Shown here: positions 9,312 to 21,580 of the stretch, piece after piece
Layout of the letters: each line of letters opens with the position of its first letter
Numbering within the stretch: position 1 is the first letter of the stretch
Source: Anthoceros angustus
Lineage: Eukaryota > Plantae > Anthocerotophyta
Length of the DNA stretch: 64,000 nt
Direction of reading: 5' to 3'
Assembly (NCBI GenBank): GCA_010909165.1
Contig: MU008157.1
Location: 496,001 to 560,000 of the forward strand
Program-made: the position numbers and the translations under genes
Notes under the pieces: model-generated
What the model saw: the letters and a program-made list of their open reading frames with translations, nothing else
Told to the model about the DNA's origin: nothing
The model's database searches: none

Positions 9312-11678
9312 ATGGCCTCGGGTGGAGATGCCGGGGCTCCGGAGCATGCTGCGGAGGCGGGGGCCGTGAGCAAGAAGGCGGCCAAGAAGGCGGCAATGAA
9401 GGCGGAGAAGCAGCTGCGGCAGCAGCTGGCGGCGGCGGCGGTAGTGAAGGAAGAGGTCGATCCCCTTGCAGGAAACTACGGGGATGTGGGATTCGAGGCT
9501 TTGCAGTCGAAGGAGTTCACTGGTCGCCACTGGACTCCAGTGTCCAAGCTGCTGGCGAAGTTGGAGGGGGAGAGAGTGCTGGTCCGTGGGCGAGCGCAGA
9601 ACGTGCGGGCAAAGGGCGCCATCGCGTTTTTCATCGTCCGGCAGGCGGGGTATACGGTGCAGTGTGTGCTGAGCAAGGGGGAGCACGCCAGCAACAAAAT
9701 GCTGAAGTTCGTTGGGAGCATCAGCAAGGAAAGCGTCATCGACGTCGAGGGCATGGTGTCTGTGCCAGGCACTGCCATAGCCGCGACCTCGCAGCAGGCA
9801 TGGATGGTGTGAGGAGGTATGAAGTTTCGGATGCTCGCTGCCGGCGTGTTTGAACGTTTCGCTTGTGCTGGCAGGTCGAGATTCAGGTCCGCAAAGTCTA
9901 CTGCGTCAGCAAGGCGGAACCAGTGCTTCCTATCAACCCTGAGGATGCAGCCCGGAGCGAGCGTGAGATAGAGAAAGCAGCTGAGGTACAGTACCCGGAC
10001 GAATGACATAGGTGCATTAGGAAAGCCTACCGTATTCAAGTGTTGGCTCACTTTTTTGTTCTTCTTTGTCCAGGAGAACGTCCAGTTTGTTCGTGTTCTC
10101 CAAGACTCGAGACTCAACAACAGGGTTCTCGACTTGCGCACCCCTGCAAACCAGGGGATTTTCCGGATTCAGTCTCAAGTTGGCACGGTAGGGTGAGCGA
10201 TTCGTTCCCCTCTGCAATCAAATTTCCATGTGGATGAAGGACCTTGATGCTAAGGATGCTGTGTGGCGTGTTTGTAGCTTTTCCGGCAATTCCTTCTGGA
10301 TGAAGATTTCGTGGAGATACATACGCCCAAGCTGATAGCTGGAGCAAGTGAAGGAGGGTCCTCGGTTTTTAAGCTCCAGTACAAGGAGCAACCGGCGTGC
10401 CTTGCCCAGTCACCCCAGTTACATAAGCAGATGGGCATCTGTGCAGATTTTGGTCGAGTTTTTGAAATCGGTCCGGTATTTCGGGCAGAAGATTCCTTCA
10501 CCCACAGGCATCTGTGTGAATTCACTGGCCTTGATCTTGAAATGGAGATCAATGGACATTATTTTGAGGTAACAACTCGTACTTGTGAGAATCGCTTCTT
10601 GTGGGGGTGTTTAGGAGCTGACCACTTTGTCTTGCAGGTGATCGACTTGATAGATCGGCTTTTCATAGCCATTTTCGATGGTCTGAATGAGAAATGTTCA
10701 CGAGAACTCCAAGCTATCAACACTCAATATCCTTTCGAACCTCTGCAGGTTACTTATTTCATTTCCGATGTGTAGTGTGTTGTTTGTTTTTCTTTTTGGG
10801 GAAACTGGGGTTCTGACGATGATGTTTGATGGATGTGACAGTATCTGAGACAGACATTACGGCTCACCTTTGCTGAAGGCGTTCAGATGCTGAAGGTACT
10901 TCTGCCTGAGGCTTGATTGAATCTTACCTCATGTTCAGATTTGGCATGCTCTGGAATGTGTTCTGGTCTGATAAAGGATCTTTTCTGGGCAGGAAGCTGG
11001 TGTAGAGATCGATCCCTTGGGAGACCTGAGCACAGAAGTGGAAAGAAAATTGGGTCAGCTTGTCAAGGAAAAGTAAGCCATCACAACCTTTTTGGTATGG
11101 GTATCGATGGTGGTAACAGCGTCTACCATTATTTGCAGGTACCAAACAGACTTCTACATTCTTCACAGATATCCACTAGCTGTTCGCCCATTCTACACCA
11201 TGCCGTGTGCCGATGACCCAAATTATACCAACTCATTTGATGTGTTCATTCGAGGTATGTAACTTTGTTGAAGAGTCTAGCGACATACTCACCTTTTTCA
11301 GTTTGGTGCAGCTTGCAGTTTTGATGGATGACAGCTGCTGACCATTTGGATCACAGGGGAGGAGATCGTTTCTGGTGCTCAACGTGTCCATGAACCTGGA
11401 TTCTTGGCGAAGCGTGCAGAGGAATGTGGAATCGATGTCAAGACCTTGTCAACCTACATCGATTCCTTCAGGTTTCTCTGTTCTTCCTCAAGTTGGCGGG
11501 TCCTTCTTTTAGTTCTCCAAAAAGTTCCATTGACAAATTTGTCGCATGCAGGTGGGGTGCTCCGCCTCATGGAGGTGCTGGAGTGGGTTTGGAGCGCGTT
11601 GTTATGCTCTTCTGTGCACTTGACAACATTAGGAAGACTTCAATGTTCCCAAGAGATCCAAAAAGACTAGCACCTTAG
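9312..11678 (+). CDS. AspRS: Cytosolic aspartate--tRNA ligase, about 10 exons
   Basis: OB-fold [40 protein letters not shown], motif 2 [22 protein letters not shown], motif 3 [15 protein letters not shown], and end [10 protein letters not shown]. Short introns. Confidence 0.95.
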
Positions 11679-13432
11679 ATCATTGACTCTATCTTGACCG
11701 ACATGGGGTCTCACCAAGACATGAGGGCAAACTAGCATTACAAAAGGTGTCAGGACTGAGAGCACCAACTTCCAAGCTTAAACTGTTCCCACAGAAGTTG
11801 CTTAAAGGTTCCCAACCCGGCTGTTCAGCACGGGAGACTGCAGCAGAGAAGCCAATCAAAACGAAACCGTTTCCCAACCCCGCATTCCAGCATGGGAGAC
11901 GGAAGTAGATAAGCCTGTCAAGACGACACAATGGATGCTGCAGCCATCTGCTGGCCCATGGCCCAGGTTATCGAGTCTTAGAGACATTGGTGAGAATCAA
12001 GTGAAATGAGAGCAGGAGGTGAAAACGCAGCTCGCACCTCGCTACTGCTGCTTCTTCTGGAGTTGTGCACTTGCTTTTTATTCATATGGAATGGCTGCTC
12101 CAGCACATCAGACAGCAGGCCAGAGGCGCACGAGGCCCTGACTGCCTGCTGAGTGCCTGGATTTTGGCTTTTCAAGGCAGCGATTCCCCAAGCAGGCCCG
12201 CAGCCCCTCGGGAACACAAACAGGTTCAAGGTCTGCTGAAAGATGGTGTTGCCGTTGGAAGACACGAAGCCAACCTCCAGAGTGCCTTCCACCAGAACAA
12301 GAGTTCCGAGGCCCGCCCTTCCCCCCAGCTAGATATTCTACATGTTGGTGTCGTGAAATACATGTGCAAAGACGACCCGGAGGATCAGTATGTTCAATGT
12401 AGCTTGGGCAAGCTGAACGCAAACGGTTGTTCCGCCACAGCAAACGCCGAATCCTGGTTGTCAGGGAAGAAGATGTCTGCTGGATGGTTGCTCCTGTTGG
12501 ATTCACACTGTCATAGTTTGGACACGAAGCTTAGCATCTCTGGCAAGACCGAAGTCGAATTGCACTCTGTCGTGAACGTGCACCGTTGGTAGGAGATAGT
12601 ATTACAGACGGATTGATCTTTACATGGGGGATGTGACCTCGCAGACTTGCCCGTCTTCCTTGCAATAATGTGATAGTCCCCACTAAAATGATGCGGTGTC
12701 ACCTGTCGGATGCCACCTCCTTTCAGGCATATGATCTGGGACTTGCTTTACAACCAGCTCGACGGTGGACACACAAGAGGTCGATGCTGTACCACTGAAA
12801 GCTTTCTTTCTGCCAGCGTCAGTCTCTATACTGGAAGCTCACAGAGCCGGGTCAACCTCAATTTATGACGAGGAGTTCGTAGGTGCGCATACATATCAGA
12901 ATCTTCGAAATCTTGAATGTGCGCACCTCATACAGTGTGCAGTCTAATCCTTCACCCTCGTGTTTGGCTGTCCGGAATCGGGTCCGGCAGTCCGAGATCG
13001 CTTCCGGTAACAGTTTCATCCGTTTTGAGTTTGGTATGTTAGGTTCAGCTCGGGAGCGAACCTGCCAGAAATTCTTAGTGGCCCTTTCAGGCCGCTAAGG
13101 GGGGTTGGAAAAAGTTTTCAACCAGCAATTGACGCGTCTCGGTATTACCTCACGAACTGCGTCATTGCCCCAAGCGCAAAGATGAAATGTAATGTCCCAG
13201 GGCTCTATTATATACTCTCAATTCGTGTCAGTCAAATCTCCTCACCCAGTATGGGATATATCGACACCCTATAGCATTAAGCCCATTGCCCACATTCTTG
13301 TGAAAGTGTAAAAGGCCCCTCGGGAACACGAACACAAGTCGCTCTTCTTCAGCGTCAGCTCAAAAGGGTTTTGCTTTTGGAGGAAGAAAACTTGCCGACT
13401 GGCTAGCTTTATCATCTAAGGACGGCGTCAAT

Positions 13433-14073
13433 CTAAATGGGGGCGCCGTTGTTGGGGCATGGAAGGCCTGACCAGTGCCTGCCTGTGTCGGGCTCGGAGA
13501 CGTGCCAGCTGTAACACAAACACAGACGCGAAGAAGCTGATCATGAGAATTGCTGGGTGAACAGAAACTGGAGGATCACTATTATGCAGGTTCCAAGAAA
13601 GTACCAAGCCCACCTGAATTGGTTGCTGAGGTAGCGAAGGAAGACTTTCATCTCCACGATGGCCAGATCTTTACCGAGACACACCCTGGGGCCCGTGCCG
13701 AACGGCATGACGGTGAGGGCTTTGGTGCCTCCTGTTAAGCACCACACGTGACGTATATCCTCGAGGGCCAGGTGCTAACATGAGGAAGAAGGAGAGCTGC
13801 ACGGAGGTGCAGATGATGTCTGTAGGCTGGGAGCTGAGCACCTACATCGAAGCGAGATGGGTCGAAGGTGTGTGGATCCGAAAACAGTTCCGGGCTGTGG
13901 TGCAAGTTGTAGACATCGAGCACAAGGTTCCAGCCCTTTGGAATGTGATGTCCTGTACACGGTATGCATGATGTCTACAGGGGAGGGAGGCCCAGCGATT
14001 GCGAGACACCTAAAAACCTCGCCCAGCGCTGCAAATCAGCCTTCCACACATTCAACTGTCTCTCTGGCGATCC
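13433..14073 (-). pseudogene. C-terminal fragment of a cytochrome P450 (5' part missing)
   Basis: Spliced exons give HIPKGWNLV, FDPSRF and the heme motif PFGTGPRVCLG. No ExxR or I-helix exons were found upstream before the AT-rich/repeat DNA. Confidence 0.75.
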
Positions 14074-14859
14074 CTGAATTGTCGTCGCAATCCGATTACT
14101 GTCGCTGCTTGCAATTGCTCTATCCAGTGCCAGTGCCAGTGCGAATGCCAATGCCAATGTCGACTGTTCGCCCAATAAATGCGTAGCGGCGTTCCATCAC
14201 CCGACCGGCTTGGCTGCATACCCACCGGTGAACGGTTCAGGTGACGCTGCGTGCTTGGAAAGGGGGGCTAGTTTTCCCCGCAACCTCCGTCCGATTTGAC
14301 GTGGAAACTCGGTGGGAGGGAGTCCCACCCTGCCGAACCCATATCTATTTAGGCCTAGCCTGCTTCACGCCAATAGAGTATATATTACATTTACAGTTTG
14401 ATATGAGATAATATTAGGTATTTATTAAAATAAAAATGAATTTATTTCTAGATAATTTATATAAATATGAATCAATAAAAATAGATTAATTTTTTAATCT
14501 ATATGCCTTTTACCCATTTCGAGAACCTATAATATGGTGATTGTTCACCTTTGACGTCTTACATCATCTCATACTAAGAACTATTTGTTCATCTAACTAT
14601 TATCAAAACATAAAGTGTGGGCCACTCGCTCTTCCCTCTTGCTTGCACTGGACGAAGGAGTGAGTAGAGGAGATTCATTTGGCCCCTTGCTTTGCTATAG
14701 GGTACGATTTCGCTAAGCCTTTCATATACCTTTATGCCCTATTGAATGAGGGACAATGCATGTATGTTCCTTTGGCAAATTTTAATTGGCTCTCTATTTT
14801 GCTGTTCCTTTGGGCTGTAGTTCGAAGAGGTCCGATTTGACCAAGCCTTTCATGTGCCT

Positions 14860-16745
14860 TGTACCCTATGGAGAGGCAAGGCCATGTATGGTTCTTTACT
14901 TTTCTTCCATGTGCTTTTGTACTCTACTGAGAGGCAAGACCTATGGTTCTTTGCTTTCTTTCATTCTCCCTTGTACCTTACTGAGGCGCAAGGCTCTGTA
15001 TAAGCAAGGCCATGTATGGTTCTTTGCTATCTGCCTGTGCACGCTACATAAAAAACCAAGTATGGTTTTTTGCTTTCTGCCTCTACACGCTACATAAAAA
15101 ACCAAGTATGATTTTTTGCTTTTTGCCTCTACACGCTGCATAAAAAACCAAGTATGGTTTTTTGCTTTCTGCCTCTACACGCTACACAGAAAGCGTGTGC
15201 ATGCTACACCATCTATGGTTGCACGTTACACCTAGACGCTACACCATCTATGGTTCTTTTGCACACTACACAGAAAGTGTGTGCATGCTACACCATCTAT
15301 GGTTGCACGTTACACCTAGACGCTACACCATCTATGGTTCTTTTGCACACTATACAGAAAGCGTGTGCACGCTACACCATATATGGTTGCACAAAGTGTG
15401 TACGCTACACCATCTATCGTTGCACGTTATACCTGTATGCTACACCACTAATGGCTCTTTTGCTTGCTGCTGCACCATCTATGATCGCTCACTACAACTA
15501 TGCACGTGGTTGCACGTTACATCTGTACGTCACACTATTTATGGTTCTTTTGCTTGTTGCTACACCATCTATGGTTGCTCGCTATACCTATACACGCGCT
15601 TGCACGCTACACCTGTATCCTACACCATTAATGGTTCTTCTGCTTGCTGCTACACCATTAATGGTTCTCTTGCTCGCTGCTACACCATCTATGGTTGCTT
15701 ATACCTGTACGCTACAGAATTTATGGTTCTTTTGCTCGGTACTATACCATCTATGGTCGCACGCTACAGCTATGTAGGCTACACCATCTATGGTTCTCAT
15801 ACTACATCATTTATCATTCATATGCACGGTACACCATCTATGGTTCTCATACTACACCATTTATGGTTCTTTTGCTCGCTGCTATGTAGCGAGCAAAAGA
15901 GCGCTCACATAGGCGTAGAGAGCAACCTTTTGCTCGCTGCTATGTAGCGAGCAAAAGAGCGCTCACATAAGCGTAGAGAGCAACCTTTTGCTCGCTGGTA
16001 TGTAGCGAGCAAAAGAGCGCTCACATAGGTGCTCTCACATAGGTGTAGAGAGTAACCATAGGTGTACACCTATGGTTGCTCTCTACACCTATGCACGCTA
16101 CACCATCTATGGTTCTCATAGATGCTTGCTACACTTAAGCATGTGGTTCTCATAGATGTTCGCTACACCTATGCATGTGGTTCTCATAGATGCTTGCTAC
16201 ACCTATGCACGTGGTTCTCATAGATGCTCGCTACACCTATGCACGCTACACTCTCTATGTATGGTTGTTTGCTCTCCGCTATACCATCTATGTATGGTTG
16301 TTTGCTCTCTGCTACACCATCTGTGTATGGTTGTTTGTTTGCTCTCCGCTACACCATCTGTGTATGGTTGTTTGCTCTTTGCTACACACCTACTCTTGTT
16401 TGCTCTCTGCTATATACCATTTGTGAATGGTTATTTTCTCGTGAATGGTTGTTTGCTCTCCGCTACACACCAACTGTGAATGGTTGTTTGCTCTCCACTA
16501 CACACCAACTGTGAATGGTTGTTTGCTCTCCGCTACACAATTGCCCTCCGCTGCACAAGTGCTCTCCGCTATACATCATTTGTGAATGGTTGTTTGCTCT
16601 CCGCTACACAATTGCCCTCCGCTGCACAAGTGCTCTCCGCTATACACCATTTGTGAATGGTTGTTTGCTCTCCCCACACCTGGTCTCCGCTACACACCAA
16701 CTGTAAATGGTTGTTTGCTCTCCGCTACACCATCCTATGGTTGCA
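14860..16745. repeat. Degenerate minisatellite array (core GCTACACCATCTATGGTT) with a palindromic centre at about 15870-16090
   Basis: Dozens of variant units are directly visible. The Cys/Tyr-rich ORFs here are repeat artefacts. Confidence 0.9.
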
Positions 16746-16765
16746 TTGCTAGCTACGCTCCATAT

Positions 16766-18428
16766 GAAGAAGAAGAATTTTATTTAAGTTCACTAAGTAC
16801 GGATTTCCGTCATGGGACTGATCTGACAGATATACAAAGAGACTATAATGAAATTTAAGCGCTATTCGAGTCGTGAGACTAGTGCTGTGAGGCATAATCA
16901 AATATCCGGCAAGTTGAGAAGTTGAATTTGGTTGGTCCTCATTTCCCACATTTGTTTCAAGCAAACTCCAGCAATAATAGAGTCAGGAAAATTGAAAAAA
17001 CCCCTGAGTGAAGATCGAGCTGTTGTAAATAGATTGATAAATTTATGCCTGATATCTTCATATATGGGATAGTGGAACACAAAGTGTTCCTCAGTCTCAA
17101 CATCCCTGTTGCATAACCTGCAAATTCTGGACTCCTTTGGTGGCTTTGGACGTAGCCATCTATCAGTCTCAATCCTGAGACGGTGAGATCCGATACGAAG
17201 ATGGCCCGTAATCATCCTAAGCCTGAAAGACACAGGGGTGCGGAGATAGAGAGGAAGCACTGGTTTCCTGGAGTTGGAAAGGCTAGGGAAATCCGGGAGA
17301 AACTCGGGAAGACTCTCGAGACAGAATCCAAACTTCTCGAGCCAGGAAGAAGACTGAGCATACCAGCAGGTCTTGTTACCTGAGGAGGCTAACTTTCGGG
17401 AGGACTGGAACGCAAGAAGGAGATATGAGGGAGTGCGGGTGGGGTGATTAGACTGAGCTTCTTCTAAAGAGTAAAGGTGGTATAGGAAGTTGGTTAGGCG
17501 AAATAGACCCTCAAGTTCAAGCGGGAAAGTGGCAAACTCTGCAAGAAAGATGGCAAGGGGGACAAACTTCTTACATGCAATGTGGGGCCGAAGAAAGGAC
17601 GTCTGAACCTCCTCCACCTTGCGCCAGTCGTCGAGGGAGAGATAGGGTCCCCAAAACTCAGCCGCATACATAGCCCAAGGAACAACAACTGTGTTGAAGA
17701 GCCATTGCTGAGTGGGGATGTCTTTGATGTGCATCCTAGAGCATTGTCTCCGAACCCCACAAGCAGATGCCACACCCTAGACAATGCGAGCAGAGGCAGA
17801 GAGCTTCCACTGGAGTGTTGGGCCATAGAGAGTGCCTCCTAGGTAGACATAAGATCGAACAACCTCCACATGTTCACCATTATAGAAGAACTTCAAATTG
17901 TGCTCAACTGGATCCCGCCGGTTGAAAAACATGACCTTGGTCTTCTTCAAGTTCACTTCCAAATCTTTTGCCGTGGAGAAGCGGGACAATGTGTTTAGTT
18001 GCTGTTGGAGGCCCTCAGGAGAATGGGACAAAAGAGCAATGTCATCTGCATACAAGAGAATAGCTATATATACGAAGGAGAGGAGGCAGCCAGGATCCCC
18101 AGACTCCGCAATCCAAGACTCCATGGAGCTCATCCATGAACAAGCCAAAAAAGTTGGGAGAAGATGGATCTCCTTGCCGCACTCCCAAATTGCAAAGCAA
18201 ATCCAAAAGGTCAAAAGCAGCATAGGGAGTGCGGATCTTGGCCTTCACCTTTTCATAGAGAACCTGTATGGCATGTAAAAGATGAGCAGGCAACCCCAAC
18301 CTATGAAACGAGGCAAAGAGCTTCTCGCGGGAGATAGAGTCAAAAGCTTGGTTGAAATCAACAAAACAGACATAAACATGTCTATAATCCTTCCGCCTGC
18401 TCTTGGCCTCGCTCTCTTCTCTCTCTCA
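16766..18428 (-). mobile_element. 5'-truncated, frameshifted LINE (RTE/RTEX-like RT plus C-terminal Zn motif) with a (CTT)n tail
   Basis: VCFVDF..AFDS, GVRQGDPSSP, LLYADDIALL, VNLKKTKVM, and GSHRLRIETDRW...ICRLC..ETEEHF. The last ~50 nt match the SINE tail. Confidence 0.9.
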
Positions 18429-18487
18429 ACGCTACATGCTTTGTGAAGCAATTCCTATTTTATTTGTATAATGCCGGGTATTGTCTC

Positions 18488-18948
18488 GGAAAAGAAGGTA
18501 CTCAAGTGAAGGACTTGCACAAGGGAAAAGAAGGTACTCAAGTGAAGGACTTGCACAAGGGAAAAGAAGGTACTCAAGTGAAGGACTTGCACAAGGGAAA
18601 AGAAGGTACTCAAGTGAAGGACTTGCACAAGGGAAAAGAAGGTACTCAAGTGAAGGACATGCACAAGGGAAAAAGGTTCTCAAGTGAAGGACATGCACAA
18701 GGGAAAAAAGGGTCTCAAGTGAAGGACTTGCATGCAAGGGAAAAGAAGGTACTCAAGTGAAGGACATGCACAAGGGAAAAAAAGGTTCTCAAGTGAAGGA
18801 CTTGCACAAGGGAAAAAAGGGTCTCAAGTGAAGGACTTGCACAAGGGAAAAAAGGTTCTCAAGTGAAGGACTTGCACAAGGGAAAAAAGGTTCTCAAGTG
18901 AAGGACTTGCACAAGGGAAATAAGGGTCTCAAATGAAGGACTTGCGCA
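18488..18948. repeat. Tandem repeat, 13 units of about 36 bp (AAAAGAAGGTACTCAAGTGAAGGACTTGCACAAGGG)
   Basis: Directly visible. No spacers between units. Confidence 0.95.
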
Positions 18949-18963
18949 AAACACCCCGTTTCG

Positions 18964-18985
18964 TGGAGACGCCGGGTTTCGATCC

Positions 18986-19031
<46 letters not shown>

Positions 19032-19036
19032 CCCCC
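18964..19036 (-). tRNA. tRNA-Ala(TGC)
   Basis: GGGGGTGTAGCTCAATTGGTAGAGCGCGCGCTTTGCATGCGCGAGGTACCGGGATCGAAACCCGGCGTCTCCA, with G3:U70 and a TTTT terminator 12 nt downstream. Confidence 0.9.
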
Positions 19037-19134
19037 AGATGCCTCGAAGTGCTGGCTTGTACTATAGACCTTATTTTGCTTTATGATTCGTTCGTTAAGC
19101 ATCGTGCGTTTAGATCGATACTACATTACATAAA

Positions 19135-19259
19135 GTGCCTTAAGGGAGTGGATGCCCTTGGTGCAAGTAGCTTAGGCACACCATGGTACAAGTGTGAAGT
19201 ACCAAGTGCCAAGACGGAAATCCGTTCTAAGTGGACTTCAATAAAATTCTTCTTCTTCT
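19135..19259 (+). mobile_element. SINE-like retroposon, 98 bp upstream of tRNA-Ala
   Basis: GTGCCTTAAGGGAGTGGATGCCCTTGGTGCAAG...AATAAAATTCTTCTTCTTC. Confidence 0.85.
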
Positions 19260-19534
19260 CATGACCGCCCTGGCGACTTTAGCTGTGAGCTCAAGACCGC
19301 CCTGGCCACTTTAGCTGTGTTTTGAGCTCATGCTCGACTCCATAGGCTCGACAAGCAGATGCTTCTACAAATTCTGACTAGCTAGCGCGTTGTCGTTCTT
19401 CCACACAAAGGAGGAAAGTAAAGGGCCTTTCGTGGCAACAGCTTGTCTGAAGCCGACACGAGAGAAGAAGTCTAATCTAGTCCACTTGGACGGAATGTTT
19501 TTCACAAATTTTCGTCTGTTGTGAAGTAGGCCAA

Positions 19535-19607
19535 TAGAGACGCTGGGTTCCGATCCCGGTTCTTCGCGCATGCGAAATGCACGCCTTATCACTCCAGCTA
19601 CAGCCCG
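19535..19607 (-). pseudogene. tRNA-Ala(CGC) pseudogene
   Basis: Colinear with tRNA-Ala at 18964, but D-arm, acceptor and T-stem pairing are disrupted. Confidence 0.7.
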
Positions 19608-21167
19608 TGGTACCAGCAGCTTCAGTTTCTCTAGATTCGAACGTTTTTCATAATCTGATTCTAATTTTATCAAACTGGATATGAAGTCATGGACAGCAAC
19701 TGGCCGCCCTGGCCACTTGAGCTGTGTTCTGAGTTCATCCTCGACTCCAGAGGTCCGACGAATAAAGGAGGAAAGGAAAAGGCCTTCATGGCTGTTGCTC
19801 GTTTGGAGCCGACAGAAGTTGGTGAGTGGGATCAGAGGTGCGTTCCGCAACAAACTCCGCAGTCCAAGGGAGAGTGTCAAAGCATCTCTTTCACTTCTCT
19901 CCGCACCATACACCACACCAGTTCCACAAGCCAGCGTGGACCACTACAGATGATGGTTGTCTAGAGTTGTGCAGGTCATTCTTCTACATTCTTGATAGAG
20001 TCCATCTGCACTTCTAAAGCCCTGATGTGGGCTTTAAAATACCTGAGCAATTGGAGTGCCACCCTTCATTTCGTAGCCACTGTTGGCGATGTTGCCAATG
20101 ATTTGGTTTGAAATAAGTATCTTAACAAGCAACCCACAACAGCTACACTAAGGCTGTTTCCGAGTAAAGCATACCTACACATCAAGAATTACCCACTTTT
20201 CAGTCACTGTTACCAATGACTGACATGAGAGCGGAGTCATTCACAAACTACTCGCAAACTTCATTCACAAGCTACTTGCAAACTTCAGTTACCTTTGCTT
20301 CAAAGTCACATGACTAGGAAACCTGAACTTTGCAAGGAAAGAATGGAGATTGGCCACCTGAAGCATCAGTACCCTGCAGTCTGAGTCACAAGCTTTACCA
20401 CGTACGAGAAACAATTGCACTTGAAGCATGGTAGAACATACCTCCCGAGGAGTAAAAGTATCTAAGCTGCAAATTTGATATACACATCCCAGAGGATCCC
20501 GTCGACAGGTTCGCCACTTGAGACTCTGAAACCTGCAACGAACCCTCGTCATGTCAAAACTGTGAGAGTTATGGAGCTAAGGTCTAGAATCAAGGCTTAT
20601 GATAAGAGACGATGGCGACTCCAGCGAAACCCACCTTCATTGCCCAAAAGGATCCCGTGCCCTTAGCAAACCGAGAATAGCTTTTCGTGAAGCAACAGCC
20701 AACAGCAGCGTCTTGACTCCGGGCAAACTATGTCTACACCAACATTTTTCAAACAGCACGAGTTAGCCACGTGACAAATCAATGCAGCAACTACAAAAAC
20801 AAAACAAGCTCTCGAGGGTTAGGGAGGTACCAAAGACTTCACCCCAACGTCTGATTGTGCTGGAGGGCACCACATAGTCCTTCCATTTATGCAACATGCG
20901 CTGTATTGCTGGCACAACTTAACTCATGTGCTTCACTTATACTTCTACGGGATGCATGTTCTACAGTAACTGGCTGAGAAGTGTATGATGTATGAGGTTC
21001 CAGCTCTAAAAAGTGGGTGATGTGTTAGCAAATAACAGCCGGATCTAGCACTGGTTCAGTAATGGTCCTTGGTTGAATACCGGGCTTGTAGGGTACTTGA
21101 GAGGTCTTGTCCATGTGGTGTGGGCACTCTGCAATATCTGGAGGTACAGGGCCGGGTCTATAAAGCA

Positions 21168-21580
21168 GGCTGAGGATTGATTGAATGTTCCTTTACGCCC
21201 TGGAATGTGCTCTGGCTGATGAAAGGGGTAAGATTTCATGAGCAGGAAGCAGGAGTGGAGATTGATCCCTTGGGAGACTTGAGCACAAGAGTGGAAAGAA
21301 AATTGGTACAGCTTGTCCAGAAAAAGTACGACATCACAACCTTTTTGGAATGGGTAACGATGATGCGTTTGACAGGGTAAGGTGAAGCCTTGCGGTAGAA
21401 GGGCATGCTGACATTACCCTTGATAGATTTGATTGGATTCATCTTCATGGATTTGATGCTTATAGGAACGGTGTGCTAACAGCGTCAAACATTGTTTGCA
21501 GGTGCAGAGCATACTCCTTCTTGCGAGAAACAGACATCTACGTTTGAGAAACTGTGTGTTCTTTCCTATGCTGTCACGAT
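21168..21580 (+). pseudogene. Decayed partial duplicate of the AspRS gene (exon plus flanking introns)
   Basis: [24 protein letters not shown] matches the exon at about 10993-11072. Flanking intron sequence matches 10905-11140. Confidence 0.8.

Noticed and set aside
11700-13100. Protein-coding gene in ORFs 12065-12592 and 12108-12506
   Set aside because: No recognisable domain or consistent splice model.
14300-14360. Helitron 3' end (hairpin plus CTAG)
   Set aside because: The hairpin-to-CTAG spacing is too long, there is no following T, and no matching 5' end was found.
15154-16858. Cys/Tyr-rich ORFs as proteins
   Set aside because: They are open in several frames only because of the minisatellite.
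18488-18948. CRISPR array (36-bp repeats)
   Set aside because: Units are contiguous with no unique spacers, there are no cas genes, and the context is eukaryotic.
19135-19200. Known self-cleaving ribozyme (hammerhead, HDV, twister, twister-sister) in the SINE head
   Set aside because: No CUGAnGA/GAAA core and no HDV nested pseudoknot. The UGGUGCAAGU match to twister-sister lacks the closing stem and other conserved elements.
19365-19916. 183-aa ORF
   Set aside because: It runs through a tRNA pseudogene and duplicated flank and has no motifs.
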